DNA of 64,000 bases, from assembly GCA_964035545.1 (NCBI GenBank), contig OZ037768.1:11068741-11132740 (forward strand). Reading direction: 5' to 3'. A model generated the notes under the pieces. That model ran no database searches, was not told the DNA's origin, and saw only the letters and a list, made by a program, of their open reading frames with translations. Positions 44,279-58,121 of the stretch are shown in pieces; position 1 is the stretch's first letter, and each line of letters begins with the position of its first letter. This DNA is from Bugula neritina. Its lineage: Eukaryota > Animalia > Bryozoa. A program made the translations under genes and the position numbers.

Positions 44279-45944
44279 GAATGAAAATTTAACTCCAACA
44301 AAGTATAATAATCTCTTATGGTAAACCCTCACGACTGCTAAATTTTCATCTAATTATAATCTAAAGTCTAAACTATGCCAAATTGCAAATAAATAAATTC
44401 ACAAATTATCTTGAGACCGTTTTGTTAATCGATTATGAATAAAGCAGTCAAATTAAAATGTTATGCATGAAAGCATCTTGAATAATTGTATTACTTAAAA
44501 CACACTGTTTGGCATTCTGTGAGTGTACAAAGTCAAATTATTGACTTACAAACAATTGTGTCGACCCACCATAGATTAGGATTGTGCAGCTAAGTTGTGG
44601 GAATCATTCACATCTACCAATTAAGACTTGCCTTGTAGCATAAATCTATTTAATTCATAAGAATCTCAAAAGTAGAAGGGTTACAGTATGTGGTAAAAAA
44701 AAATAAATTGACACCTGACTATATAGAGTAAAAGCATCCACAGCAGAAGTTGTCACTGTTTAATGAAAATAATTGCTAGCTAATGTGTGTTTCCTTCTTA
44801 AAAATAGCACTAAAATGCCTCACAATATGTTTTTACACAATAGCGATTACTGATATAATATCCTCTCTTGTGACACTGGTCTGTACTTACAAAGCTTTCT
44901 GTTTAGGACAACAAAAATATTTGTATTGGAATATTTTAATAGGAGAATAAAAATAATTCTAGTTATTGAAAAGTGCAGTTTTTTCTTTCTTTATATGAAG
45001 ACATTGTAACTACAACTGGTTTAGACACATCATATCTGGTTAGCAGAATATATACCTTGAGTCAATTTTGAGCTAGTTCAATGTAAAACTTATAGAAGTT
45101 AAATTTTTGAGTCTAGATTTATAGGTAGTTGTTATTCGAATTACCTGTAACTTATTAAAAGTGAAAATAATTTACTGATGATTGTTAAAAATCTTGTTGC
45201 TTACAGAGATATTTTTCACCATGAGAATAATTGTTATATATGTTAAACCGAAGCAAGCGTGGAAATATTTTTAATAAGCAATAAATCAACAACATATGTA
45301 TAATTTAAAGTACATTTTAGAGTATATTAGTACTACTAGAATTTGTGTTTGTTAAAAATAGCTTGGTATTCACCTTTTTTGGCTGTATCTGTTTCTCAGA
45401 TGAGCTTATAATAGTGCTTATGGGAGAGTCAAATTATAGATTTTCAATCAATTTAAAATCTTTCATAGCTGACATGAATTTGCAACATAAAAGTTTAATT
45501 TTTTGCTCTCGTACATCAAGGTGTCTTAAATGTAGTAAAGTAATTATTGCTAGATAATGCAAATTAAATGTGTATGAAAGTGGTTGGTCTGTAAAATTTA
45601 ATGATATTTGGACGTATTTATATATTATTTACACCCTTATGCTACTAAAACCTGTTATGTTGTGTAGATAGTTCTAGAGATGTAATAATGAAGCTTAGTT
45701 GCCAACAAAAAACGTATGTTACCTAACACGAAAAATACATAAAATGAAAGACCTCTGAAAAATAGATGAGATTTTTTTAAAGTTCTAAATGCTGTTAAAA
45801 CTAGATGTAGCTCTATTGGAGTTTTAAGTGCCCATTTAATATGATGGGTTATGAATTAATTACATAAGAATTGAAAAAATATGATAATGTCTTGCAAGAG
45901 GTATTTTATTAGAACCATTTATGTTAGTTTTAGGTATCTTTGAA

Positions 45945-48900
45945 ATGAGTGATCAAGCTGTCCCTCCTAGTTCATCTGAAAATATCCAAGTTGAAGAAGA
46001 TGCTAGTCTGAGAGCCACATCTAAATCTAGAGCCAGTCGCCTTAGGCCTGCCCAAGCTGATGGGCCGCAAACCTCAAGTAGGAAACAGTTTGTGTTTTTC
46101 ATAGAAACCTTATGTGTGTGAGAAACTGTATAGGACTTGCTATATAAGCATTTTAGTAAAAGTTGTTTCATAATGGGTTGTTGTTTATCTTCATGACACC
46201 TCAGTTGGAGTATTCAGAGTTTCGGCTGTTCTATCTCACTGCATCTTAGCAGTGTTTATTTTTATGACTTGCTCTTTTCATAAAAAAAGTAAAGCTAGTT
46301 TTTTTAAAGGCAAGAGTCTAACGTAACCTTCAAAGGTGTTTCAATATTGAATTAAAAATTATTCATCAGTTGCTGCTGCACGTACTACATTTCCTGTAGC
46401 CGGAAAATTTTCAAACAATTTCAGAAATAGAATACAACTACTAACATATTATGTGATGAATGAAAACGTCATTGTTGATTAATAATTAAAGTATAAATTC
46501 TGCTATCAGTTGGCTGTTGTGGATGACATGAGTATACTCAAGTACATGGCATGTGAAAATTGATAGCTGATCTCCATGTTGTAGCAGCTGATCAGAGACG
46601 CCATTCTACGAGATCTGTCAAAAGAAGGAAGTTTGACGACGAGTTAGTGGAGAGCAGCTTGAAAAACAAACCTGAGAAACAGCGTACGAGCTCTAAAACT
46701 GGCAGCGAGGTTTCCTTCACAGGGGATGGCAGTGTTAAAGTAAGTGCCTCTCTAATACATGCATATGCCGTCTACTTATACATGTATTATATGTCCACAG
46801 GTGTTGCTATCGACAAATGAGATCATTCCATGGTTGGTCGGTAATTGCTGAATGGTTGATAGTGAGCTTATTATTTGCCAAATCCGTTTCTTATAAATTA
46901 TGGCTTCCAATCTTGCAATGCTCATGTTATCACAAATGTTATTGGTTTTAATTAGTATAATAAGAGTTGTGGTTCCTTAGACAAGCAGTTTTAAATAAAA
47001 ATATACTTCAACATGAGGAAAACAACTATAGTTGAGGAACCAGTAATATTTTGCAATTTTGTTCCAATAATTATGGATAATTTATAAAAAGTACTCACAG
47101 TTGCAAAGCTGCTAATTGAAATTATATATATCAATGGTAAAATTTGCTTTTGTTAGTTAGTTGTGCACAAAGATTTAATTTCTCAGTTCATCTTCTTTTT
47201 AAATCATGAAAATGATTTTGGTTTAAAGTATAATTTAGTAAGTTTGGCATTTGTAGTCCGAGTCTGTAGAGTCGCCACAGGCAGCCCCTCAGACTTCAAC
47301 AAGTGTGAGGACGACACGGTCTGCTGCCTCTAGCAGCACGCTGCCGGTCGGTACGCTAGAAAGTCAGGAGTCTGTGTCTGCTGACGTTTCTGCTCCTAAG
47401 TCTATTCCTGTTGAGAAGCGAAAGGTGTGTCTGCATGTTACTCCCTTGATATGGGAACTGGTATAGGTTTCAATGTCTTTCATTATTATTAGGACATAGT
47501 TGTGTATTGCTTACTAAAAGTAGAATTGCGTTCTTTTCTATTTAAGCTACTGTAGTGTTGTGATTACCCAGTAGTTCCCGTGGTGTAATGGTTAGCACAC
47601 TTGCTTGCAAATCCCAGTGGGGGCAGTTATTTTTCAGCTTTCACTAAGAATACAATTGAGACTGAAAGTGGAATTGTGTTCTCTCACTCTCTATTTAGGC
47701 TACCACTAAGAATACAGTCAAGACTAAAGGAAAGAAGGTACGAAGGTCCACCCCTCCTGCCCATGTTAATGCCACAAAGAACCTAGGCAGGTGGAAGCCC
47801 CAGGATGACTTGCTGCTTATAGAAGCTGTTCAACAGGTAAGTTCAGTTTAATATATGACCATACAGTCATTTTACCTGCAAGGATACCTGCTGTTAGTAT
47901 CAATAATGCATTTTAAAATGATCTCTTCTGCCTTGGAACTCTTGGTTAATGCAGGTTAAATTGAGCTTTTATTGATGTCATTGCTGCTTGATGCGTTCAT
48001 GTCGCTGTTGCAAGTAGCTAATGAAATCTGCAATGTTGTCTATGTTGACATTTCACCAACTTTAATAAAACTTTTTGTGTTTGCTTAACTTTGAAGACTT
48101 CAGATTTGAAAAGTGTTCACATTGGAGTCAAGTTCTCATGTAGTTTCAAGCTGCGAGACCTGGAAGATAGATGGCATGCCTTGCTATATAATGAGAAAGT
48201 ATCCAAGTATGTCATCAATTGTGTGTATATAAATGTTAATATCATTGTGACCTTGAGTTATTCTACACTACTACTTCTATTGTGCTAATACTATAGTTTC
48301 ATTTTAAGAATTACTTTTGTTAAGTCTTAAATTCTAGTCTGAAGTTGCGTTTATACCTCTGCTGAAAAAAGTACCGAGTTTAAGTTAATAATGCTTGTCC
48401 GGGAACCCCTTTATAGTCAAACTGAAACTCGTTGAAATCATATTGATGCGGTTGCTCACTTTCTGAAATTGAAATTTGACTCGCATAATAGCTATTTGAT
48501 GCCGTTTGTAAACGTCGTGAATTAGTGAAGCGGACAGCATAAAAGCGATAATTGAGAAGGCGTAGGCTATATAATTATAAACGTATAAGTACGTTGTCTA
48601 ATCGCCAAAGTAAAAACTAAATAACGATGTTTACAAGGAGTTATTACTCCTATTCTAAAATTGGCCGATTAAGTTATCACAGTACAAAAATTTTTACGAG
48701 TGGCTTTTACAATGCAATGCAACTCGGTGAAATTTCAACCCGGCCAAATTGAAATTCTGACCGAAAATCGTGAAGGTATAAAGGCAACTTTAATGAATCG
48801 AATTTTAAATGATTTATTTAGTTATCTTTTATTGCGGATTGCTTTGTTTTTACCAAAAATTTAAAACCAACTTTAAATTTTTTCAGGGGGTAAATTAAAT

Positions 48901-51900
48901 AGGAATATTTGAATATTATGAACTAGTTAAAAATAAAATAGCAAATTACAAAAATTCTTAAATTGTGTTTAAGCTCATCTGATTGTCAGTATTTTACTTC
49001 CGGTGATTAATTAGTCAACTAGTTATCTATTTTCAAACATCTCTGAAAACTTCTTCCTCTTATTTCTTGCCTGTTAGAATAACATTTGTCTGGGTTTTCT
49101 GTTGAAGCAGCACCAGATACATTTTAATATTTTAATTGTTTGAATATGCCCATTAAATTATTCTGCTAACATAGAAAGCCCTCTAAATTTTCTCTGTTAC
49201 TTCCCCCCGTCTCTTACTGAGCACCACTGTAAGTAGACTTGATACTGCTACCTTTACATTATTTGTTTCCTAATGCTGTGGGGTGGACAACTTCACTGCG
49301 ATTCACTTTCAGTAGCTAAAAAACCAACGATAAATTTCACCCACTGTCCATCTTTCCTTATAAGTTATTAGAAATTTTATATATCTACCAAATTACTATT
49401 TAAAAACTTTTGGCATTCAAAAGCTAATATTAAGTTAGTAAATGTCTTTTGGGCAGATAATTTTAATAGGGGCATTCTTAAACTCATAATATATTTTTGA
49501 AAATTTTTCACAGCTATTAAAATGCATCATAATTTTAAAATGCTTCCAACATAGTTATTGATATATCTGTTGCTCACTTCGATTTGTTGGCTATGGAGTG
49601 TATGTTATGTCAATATTACTAGTATAAACATTGTAAGGTAACTTGTTAGGTTGGCAATGTCAGCAATTCACCAGCTGCCCTATGATGAAATTCTACGAGT
49701 CCAGTCGAAAGCTTTGTTTAGTAAACAGGAAGAAGAAATTCTCTCTACTGTAACCATTGTAAGTTAAACTTCCTCTCATATATTCAGTTATCCTTCCTCT
49801 CTATTAGATAATTTTGTAATAATTTTAACTGAAAAAGACAAGTGTGCACCTGGTGCTCAGTTTACTCAATTTTCATTCACCTGATGAATAAAAAAATTAT
49901 TTCATTTCATTATTTTGAATTGTATTATTTTCATTGCTTTTTGTTTTTTTTAAATGAATTTTTTACCTTGTCCAATACGGCTTAAATTGTTTCATTTAAT
50001 CTGATGTCCTGCCCAGCAGTCACCTAACTCATTATAAACCTGCCCAATTTTAATAAAAAGGGCTTTGACTTGAGCATTTTTGTGAAATTTATTAAAGGCT
50101 TTAGATTTGAAAGTAAGTTATGCATTATCATAATTAGTAGATATATTTAGTTAATAGACAGCATTATGCCATTCATTTTTAATTCTGGGTGGGCATATCT
50201 CAAGCATTGATATATGAATTTCATAAACATATACACAGAATTTAATCATTAAATACTAAATATCATATTTTAAAGCAATTTCTCAAATGTTGACAGGTAA
50301 AATGGTTATTAATTGTCTGTAAATTCACCACAGTACTCAATTACATATATTAATACATGGATTAATTACATTTATAATATATTATATAATTATGTAATAT
50401 TATGTATAAGCTAATTAGAAAATATTTCCTAAATGAAGCAACGTGAAGCCCTAATTTGAATATTGATATATATTTACATCCATAATTGAGAATAACTGGC
50501 AGATTGATCCGTGAATCAAGCGTTTATAACATCTTTGCTGTCAAATCTGTAGTGACTGATTATTACTGTAATGACTGGAACAATGCCTTACATTTATTCT
50601 CGTAAAGTTTCATTTCTGGATTACGTTGCGAAACAGTAGTGCCAACTCATTACAGGTTGTGAAATAGACGTTCAATAATTAGCCAGTTCATGTGTTGCTG
50701 ATGTTCTCTTGCTGAGTGAGACTACAGCAGTTGGCAGTTGTGTACTTATGCCTCCTTTAAACCAGCCTGTCACACTTTGAAAATCAAGAATAGCTAGGCT
50801 AATTGATCAATATTTTTATTTTAAAATTACATGTTTTGCTGGTGTTTCAAAGGTTGGGCATTAAAAATTAATTGAGTAAAATTTAGTTTCTCTAAAACGT
50901 ATTATTGTTACTGAAAATAGAGTAAACAGCCTTTAGAAATATTCCCACCTTTATAAAATGTTATTTTTCTCACTACCAGTTAAAATTTCATCAACTCCGT
51001 TAACAATTAGACCAGCTCATAGTAATTACTTATTGTATTTTACTAATGAGTTAATGAGCTTGATATATGAAATAGTGTGTTGCAACTCCTTTTAGTCTAT
51101 AATCATTTATTGTATTTAAATACAGTTTTATAAATGATTTATTACTAAAATCACCTAATAGTGAATATTTATAAGAGTTCAAAAATACAGGATAACATAG
51201 CAATCAGAGGACAGTGTGTCTGTGCAGGAAATGGTTTGTGTGGGTTGTGTATCACAAGGCATGCTGAACTGTACATTTCAGTAATTATATGCATAGCTGA
51301 TATATTGCAATAGATGACTCTCATTATAACAACTGGAGTGCATTTAAAATTAAAAAAGTTTTAGAAATGACCAATTACTTAGTGGCTAATTATTTTGGTT
51401 GCACAGCTAAACATTGCAATATTTAATAGGTTTTTAATTTTAGCACGGTCTTCCTAGATATTAAAACTTTCATTAGAAGGCACCATACTTACTATATACA
51501 ACTTGGTATTTTGTACATCGTAATAATAATATATTTGACAGTGCAAGAAAAGGAAAATATTTTAAAATATTATTTAGGTATCATTTAAACTTGCATAAGA
51601 AACTTTTGCTCTTCAATATCACAGAGTTTATCTTTCTGGTGCACATCTATTTATTCCAAGTAATTTCAGCAAACCTCAAGCTATCTCGTGATATAAATAG
51701 TACCAAGTGGCAGAAGATCGTTAAACAAAAGCACGTTTTGTTTGGAAATAATCTTGCATGAGATTGTAGAGAAGACAATTATCATATTATGTTACTGTTA
51801 ATACTTGAAATTACGAGTTCCAAATTTTGAAATTAATTTGAATATAAGTAAATATGATAATTGACATCTACAACAGAGCTGCCAGGTGTCTACATGTTAC

Positions 51901-54900
51901 ACTGCTTATGGTACACTAGAGGCAGCATGGGTAAGCTGCCAAGAACTCCTAAAGAATTTTTAAAGAAGCTCATAGCTAAATACCTTTTCCTACTAATATT
52001 AAAATGGCTAATCTGGAGTTGTCTGAATTGTGCAGTATTCAAAGTTTTCTTTTTGGCAAAGTAGACTTCATTAGTTCACTGCCTACCAAACTCTATCAAT
52101 GTATTCACACATGTTGATGAAAGTGCTTTTCATATGTATATTTTATATAACATAGTGTAAAATTTTTCAAGAATAATTATTGTGACCATGGAAAGAGTAT
52201 TGTGGCCATGTCATACAGCTGCTACTAGATTTTATCAGGTGTGCAACTTGGTGCAGAATTAAACATGGCGCTATTTTTAGATAAAACCTTTTGACATTGC
52301 AATGCTAGAGAGTCAGTTACATTTATTTAACACATCTTACATTAAGTTAATATTCAAGAAAATTGTTTAAACATTAAAAATGGTTATGATAGTTACTGAC
52401 ATGCAATAGCTAATGACATAGTATGCTTCTGATTAGGTGGTTCATGAAGTTTTCCTTCAGAGAAGTTTTCTATTCAATTGACTATCTGGAAATTTTGCAC
52501 ATTTTTTGGTGTATTTCAGATCTTTTTCTTTAAGTTTGACACTAAATAAAGTTGAAAGAAAGTTATGCTGACTTCAGATCTGCTGACTTTGGGAAATATT
52601 GAAGTCCTGATATAGAAGTGCTGTCACATTGACGCAACAGCAAACATAACAATTGCTAAAAATACATAATTATAGCTTTAAAGTTAAAAGGTATATCTTC
52701 GAAAAAGTTTTTAATTTATTAAAAACTAGATCTAGTTTCACCAGAGTTGTAGAGGTGGGTTGTGGGAGGATGCTAAGCAACCATGTTTCATTATTACTAT
52801 TACTTTTATATAAATGGGTAAGCCCATCTGTTATAGCTTACTAAAAGTCTGAAGAAAAGTTATCTTTGAATATATTACATGTTATTTTGAAATTATAGTA
52901 TCACAAAAAGAAAGGTATTGATCTATGATTTATGATTCGGACACAGCTCCTTTGTTTCAAAATTCTTCATGAAGACTAACTACAGAAACCTTGAAGTAAA
53001 TTCAACCATTTATGAAAAAAGTGTTATTGTAGAAATGGCTCCATGCATTTCTTCACTGCAGATCACTGACTGTTGTTTGGCTAATTAAATGCTGTATCAT
53101 TCTCCCCAATTAATTAGTATTTTTTAATTTGAATATTCAGACTTCAAGTGTCTCAAAATTTGGATGAAGCAAGGTTTTGCATATATTATTAGAATTGTGT
53201 AAGCTGCAGATTTGCATACTACATGGAATTAGCAGGCTACAAGATTTATTGCTTTTTTTTAAATAATAACTGATCTCTGGGTTGTTGATGTGCACATGAA
53301 TCATTAGGTCACGCTGTTGGTGTGCTGTAAGTGGTGGTTGAGACAAATATTATTACTAATTAGTTTAATTTTCATTAAGGGCTAACTTACAGTTTTGACT
53401 TCCCTGGCCCTTGTTCTAAATGATTAAAATTTCAAGAACTAGTCTGGTTTGATGAGTTTATTCACTGGATGCCGTTATTTTCAGTGATAGAAATTTTAAG
53501 CAATGAAGCTATTTGATGTTTACTTTGGTTTGAAAATATCTACAGTTTATGCCTTATATGCAATATTGCTGCGTTACGTTTTACGCTCTACTGTTTTTGT
53601 GTGTATCAGCACCTTTTATCCTAATGCCAATCTATTATATTTGTAACTAGCGAGAATTTCAACCCGCAACCCAAATCAAAATTTAATAAAACACAAAGAA
53701 CTTAGGCCATCTCAATTTTTCCACTACTGCTCCTAAATGACGGAACTACTGTTTTTGTGTGTATCAGCACCTTCTGTGTATACTTTCGCTGTGTTTATCA
53801 TAATGCCAATATATTATATTTATAACATTTTATATGTATGCCACTCATGTAATATGCCGTTGTGATTTAGGCTAGTCAGCCCACCCAAGCTACTTTCTCA
53901 AATCTACTGAAGACCAACATTGGAAAGTTTCACAAAGCCAGAACCTCCAAGTCATTGCATGAGCACTGGACACTAATGAAACAGTACCATCTGCTACCAG
54001 ATCAATCGGTGCGACTGGCTAAAACTCTCATTTATTATCAGCTGCTTTTTGTGGGGATTTTATGCATCAAACCTGCAGAGACACTACATAACATCCTGTG
54101 TGTTTATAGATATCTTTAATAGTTGCATCAATTGCATGTATATTGTCTCTGTATGTTTCTTTGCAAAGTTTAACCGCTTCTACTTTCTGCAGGTTCAGCC
54201 GCTGCCGAAAAATGACCATATCCTAAATTTCTCTGATGCGGAAGAGTTGCTGGATGATAAAAGACTGAGTGAACCGTCTAACCCATTCGTCCAGAGAGAG
54301 ATGGCTCTGAGTGACAGGAAGCAGAAGAAAGAAATGCGACAACTGGAGCAGGAGCTGCCCAAGTGGCAGGTTCTTGTAGAGAGTATCACAGGTGTGTATG
54401 CCAGTTCTTCAGCAGGTTGACCTTTTCAACTCTCTACTATCTTTCTACTTAGGCTGTTGTAAATAAAGAAAATATTCTAATCTCAGTAATATATTCAGCA
54501 TACAAGCTTCTAGGATGTTTGAAAAAGTTGCATCTGTATTGTGGCCAAAAATTATTTTATGCAATGTGACTTCTCTAATAGTATATTAGAGTATAATGAC
54601 TCATTTCACACCTGCATATGAACAGCTTGTTTAGATGTACAATACCTGGTTATTCTCTTTGGTTACAGGTTGTATTGCCTGTCAAGAGCTTGAATTAGAG
54701 CCCATAGGGGGCTTGATTTAGTGAGAGTGAGATGTGGTCTTAAAGACATTGCAATTGTTTCTCACTTTCTCCATTAAAACTACTACCATAAATACTGCAT
54801 GGACAATTCTATTTTATGATAGTCACATGACTTTATATCCTATGCAGGTTCAAGTCATCCCGATTTTGACAGTCAGACACTGGCGATTCTCCGGGGAAGA

Positions 54901-57900
54901 CTAGTTCGATATCTCATGAGAAGTAAAGAGGTGAGTCATCCAGTTCTCTGTATCTCCTCAGTTCTCTGTATCTCCTCAGTTCTCTGTATCTCCTCAGTTC
55001 TCTGTATCTCCTCAGTTCTCTGTATCTCCTCAGTTCTCTGTATCTCCTCAGTTCTCTGTATCTCCTCAGTTCTCTGTATCTGCTCAGTTCTCTGTATCTC
55101 CTCAGTTCTGTGTATCTCCTCAGTTCTCTGTATCTCCTCAGTTCTCTGTATCTCCTCAGTTCTCTGTATCTCTTCAGCTCTCTGTATCTCCTCAGTTCTC
55201 TGTATCTCCTCAGTTCTGTGTATCTCCTCAGTTCTCTGTATCTCCTCAGTTCTGTGTATCTCCTCAGTTCTCTGTATCTCCTCAGTTCTCTGTATCTCCT
55301 CAGTTCTCTGTATCTCCTCAGTTCTCTGTATCTCCTCAGTTCTCTGTATCTCCTCAGTTCTTTGTATCTCCTCAGTTCTCTGTATCTCCTCAGCTCTGTA
55401 TCTCTCCTCAGTTCTCTGTATCTCCTCAGTTCTTTGTATCTCCTCAGTTCTCTGTATCTCCTCAGCTCTGTATCTCTCCTCAGTTCTCTACCTTTACAGC
55501 TTCACATCCCAGAAATTCAGATCTCTGGTATCATTACATACTATGTGGTCATCTGCTAGTAGGAAATTTTATGCAAAGTGGAAAACGTGTCATTTACATT
55601 ATTTGTACGAATAGCTCATCACCTTTTGACACCAGCTACAGATCTATTTTTAGCACGCTGATATAGCTGCTGGGTGTATTTCCTTGACTGAGTACATAAC
55701 AATCACTTCTTAAAGCATGCAGCTAAACCTTGAGTCACTTGAGAGACACGGTGACACCAGCCATCACAGAGGAAACAGCCCAAACTTGACTCTTTAAAAT
55801 TCTTATTTCAAAATTGGCAGTCATGTTACATTTGGACATTATGCATGTAGATTGGCGTTGTGGGGTTTAGCCCTGTATTAGATAATTAGAAAAAGTAAAA
55901 CTAGTATAAAGAAATGTTTGATATGGGTAATAAGTTGTCACTCTCTTTCCTTTTGATCATTTGCATAAGTCTTTCATATACAGTAAAGTTATTTTATAAC
56001 TTTGCCAACATCCTCTCCATACTTGTATTTACAATTAAATGTGATGTTGATTTTAATTTCATTTAAACGATGGGCATATACAAATTTCAAAATTTTTATG
56101 GCTAAAGACTAACCAATGGTTTGGTGCCTTTTAATTATCTTTTTCAAGTGCACAATTTTGTGAAAGTTGCCATATAATTCACCAATTATCTATTAGTTGG
56201 ACATCTCTGCACAGCATAAAGCTCTTGTATTTCCTTCACCTTTCACTGAATAAGAAAATATTTTGCAATTGAAAGTAAATTATTTTGACAAAAATGGCAG
56301 ATCACCATAGAAAGTTTGGAGTTCATGATTTCACTTTTAGGGAATGTTATTTTTGTTATATTATGGCTGATGGTCATATTATCAGTAAATTGTTAATTTA
56401 TTTGTAGTTGATTCCTAACTTATAGTGCCATGACTGAAACAACAGTCTTGTTTGTAAATATAAAAGCAGTTATGTAAATTTATTCATAACTTATTGATAG
56501 ATGGTCTGCATCCGTAAGTCTTAATAATAGATTAGTTAGGGTTGCAAGCATTACATGCATCCTATATTTTCGTAAACATATTTTTAAAGTGTTTAAAAAT
56601 GTTATTGGAAAGAATTTTTTAGAAATGTTACAGCTGCTATTTGCTATCCTCTTTCTTAATTTTATCCATAATTATTTTAATATCAATCATTTAACTTGTC
56701 ACTTGACTTCACATGTCAAACAGCAATTAACGTGTCTCGAGTCATAATGGGCAGTTCAGTTGTCAGGGATTTCCTTTTTGAATATATGCATTAGAATTGG
56801 CATTTTATGGAAAAAAGTTTCATGTGTGATGTTGCAATAATAGTATACGCTCGTAGCTATGTGGTTTTATTAAAATATTACGTTACATGCTGTATTATGA
56901 ACATAATACTTTGTTAATAGAATTTTAAGTAGTTTAAAAAATTAAATTTGTTGTTTTGGCACTCTGTTGAAATATTTATGTTCTCTCAACTTTTTTTGTG
57001 CATTTACATGTATATTATGAACAACAATATGTATACTTGTCATGTATAAAGTGCTGATTACATACGTGTAGACCTGGCATGCATGTAAGTTGGTGGTATT
57101 TTTTATGACAGATAAGTATAGGGAGGTCAGCTAAGGACCATCAAGTAGACGTGGATCTGGCGCTGGAAGGTCCAGCATTCAAGATCTCGAGGCGTCAGGG
57201 GTCCATAAAGCTTCGGAACAATGGAGAGTTTCTTCTGACCAACAATGGCAAACGCCCGATATATGTGGACAGCAGGCCGGTGCTACAGAATGGAAAACAT
57301 AAGTTACATAACAACTCAGTGATTGAGGTGGGTACATAGCCCGCCCCTACCTTTGTATTTGCTGTTTGTTCATATCTCTTTTCATCAAAGCATTTGTTCT
57401 AACCTTACATTAATTTGTTTTAATACATTTAAAAGTAATGAACAATAGATAAAGTATTAGTCTAACTCGAGTTATTATTTCCCAGAGAACTTTGAAGCCT
57501 GAAAGCAAATACATTTTTTGCCGGTACCATTTTCTATTACAGCAGATGTTGGCACATTTTGTTAGTTAATTTACAGTCGGAGATGTTATAGATTTTTAGT
57601 GTATGTAAAAACTTGTAGTGACTTATAACTACAACTTCAATTCCATATTTTAGTTCATATTCAGAGATTAAATGTTGATTTGATGCAAAAAGAAAAAGAA
57701 GTTTGTTGATTTTTCAGTGTGTTTGTTGTCAAAGATATTTGTTTTTATGAAAGCATGAAATCTCCCATATGCGAATCTTTCAACTGTGCAAACTTATGTT
57801 CTATAATATTCATTTTTGAGAGTAATTTTATTTGCTATTAGAATTGTGTGTTCACTTGATAATTTATAGCGAGGAATATATAAGGTTTTAGAAATTGTAA

Positions 57901-58121
57901 TGTTTTACTTTCATAAAATATCAAAATAGTTATCAACATTCTCTCCAATGCAGAAAAGTTAAATCAGGAGAGTTTAGGGAATTCTTGTATAGTTTCCATG
58001 TTACATAATCATTCCCTATTTTCAGATAACATGTCTGAGATTCATCTTCCTGATAAACCAAGACTTAATACGCAGCATCAAGTCAGAAGTTCAGAAGTCC
58101 TCATCCACTGTTCCTCCCTAG
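45945..58121 (+). CDS. MCRS1: Microspherule protein 1 (INO80/NSL subunit, C-terminal FHA domain), ~514 aa
   Basis: Exons 45945-46077, 46585-46739, 47257-47424, 47699-47836, 48097-48206, 49650-49758, 53871-54008, 54193-54391, 54848-54930, 57112-57327, 58026-58121. RSVKRRKFDDELVESSL, LGRWKPQDDLLLI, GVKFSCSF, LLPDQSVQPLP, LAILRGRLVRYLMRSKEI, VDLALEGPAFKISRRQG. Confidence 0.96.
47574..47624 (+). pseudogene. Internally deleted tRNA-like remnant
   Basis: gttcccg-tggtgtaatggttagcac (acceptor 5' strand plus A box/D arm) joined to aatcccagtgggggca (T-arm end plus acceptor 3' strand); the central ~25 nt are missing. Confidence 0.5.
48343..48789. mobile_element. TTAA-type (Kolobok-like) MITE
   Basis: TIRs agttgcgtttatacct / aggtataaaggcaact (15/16 match), followed on the right by TTAA; CpG-retaining interior. 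Confidence 0.7.
53650..53735. mobile_element. Right half of the 150-bp MITE-like family
   Basis: tttcaacccg...caaaat...aaagaacttaggccatctcaatttttccactactgctcct. Confidence 0.7.
54941..55489 (+). repeat. 18-bp minisatellite (cagttctctgtatctcct), about 30 copies
   Basis: Near-perfect tandem array starting 10 nt after the MCRS1 donor at 54931. Confidence 0.97.

Noticed and set aside
54941-55489. CRISPR-like array or stand-alone repeat protein
   Set aside because: No unique spacers, eukaryotic intron context; this is a plain minisatellite. The same applies to the 24-, 22- and 25-bp arrays.
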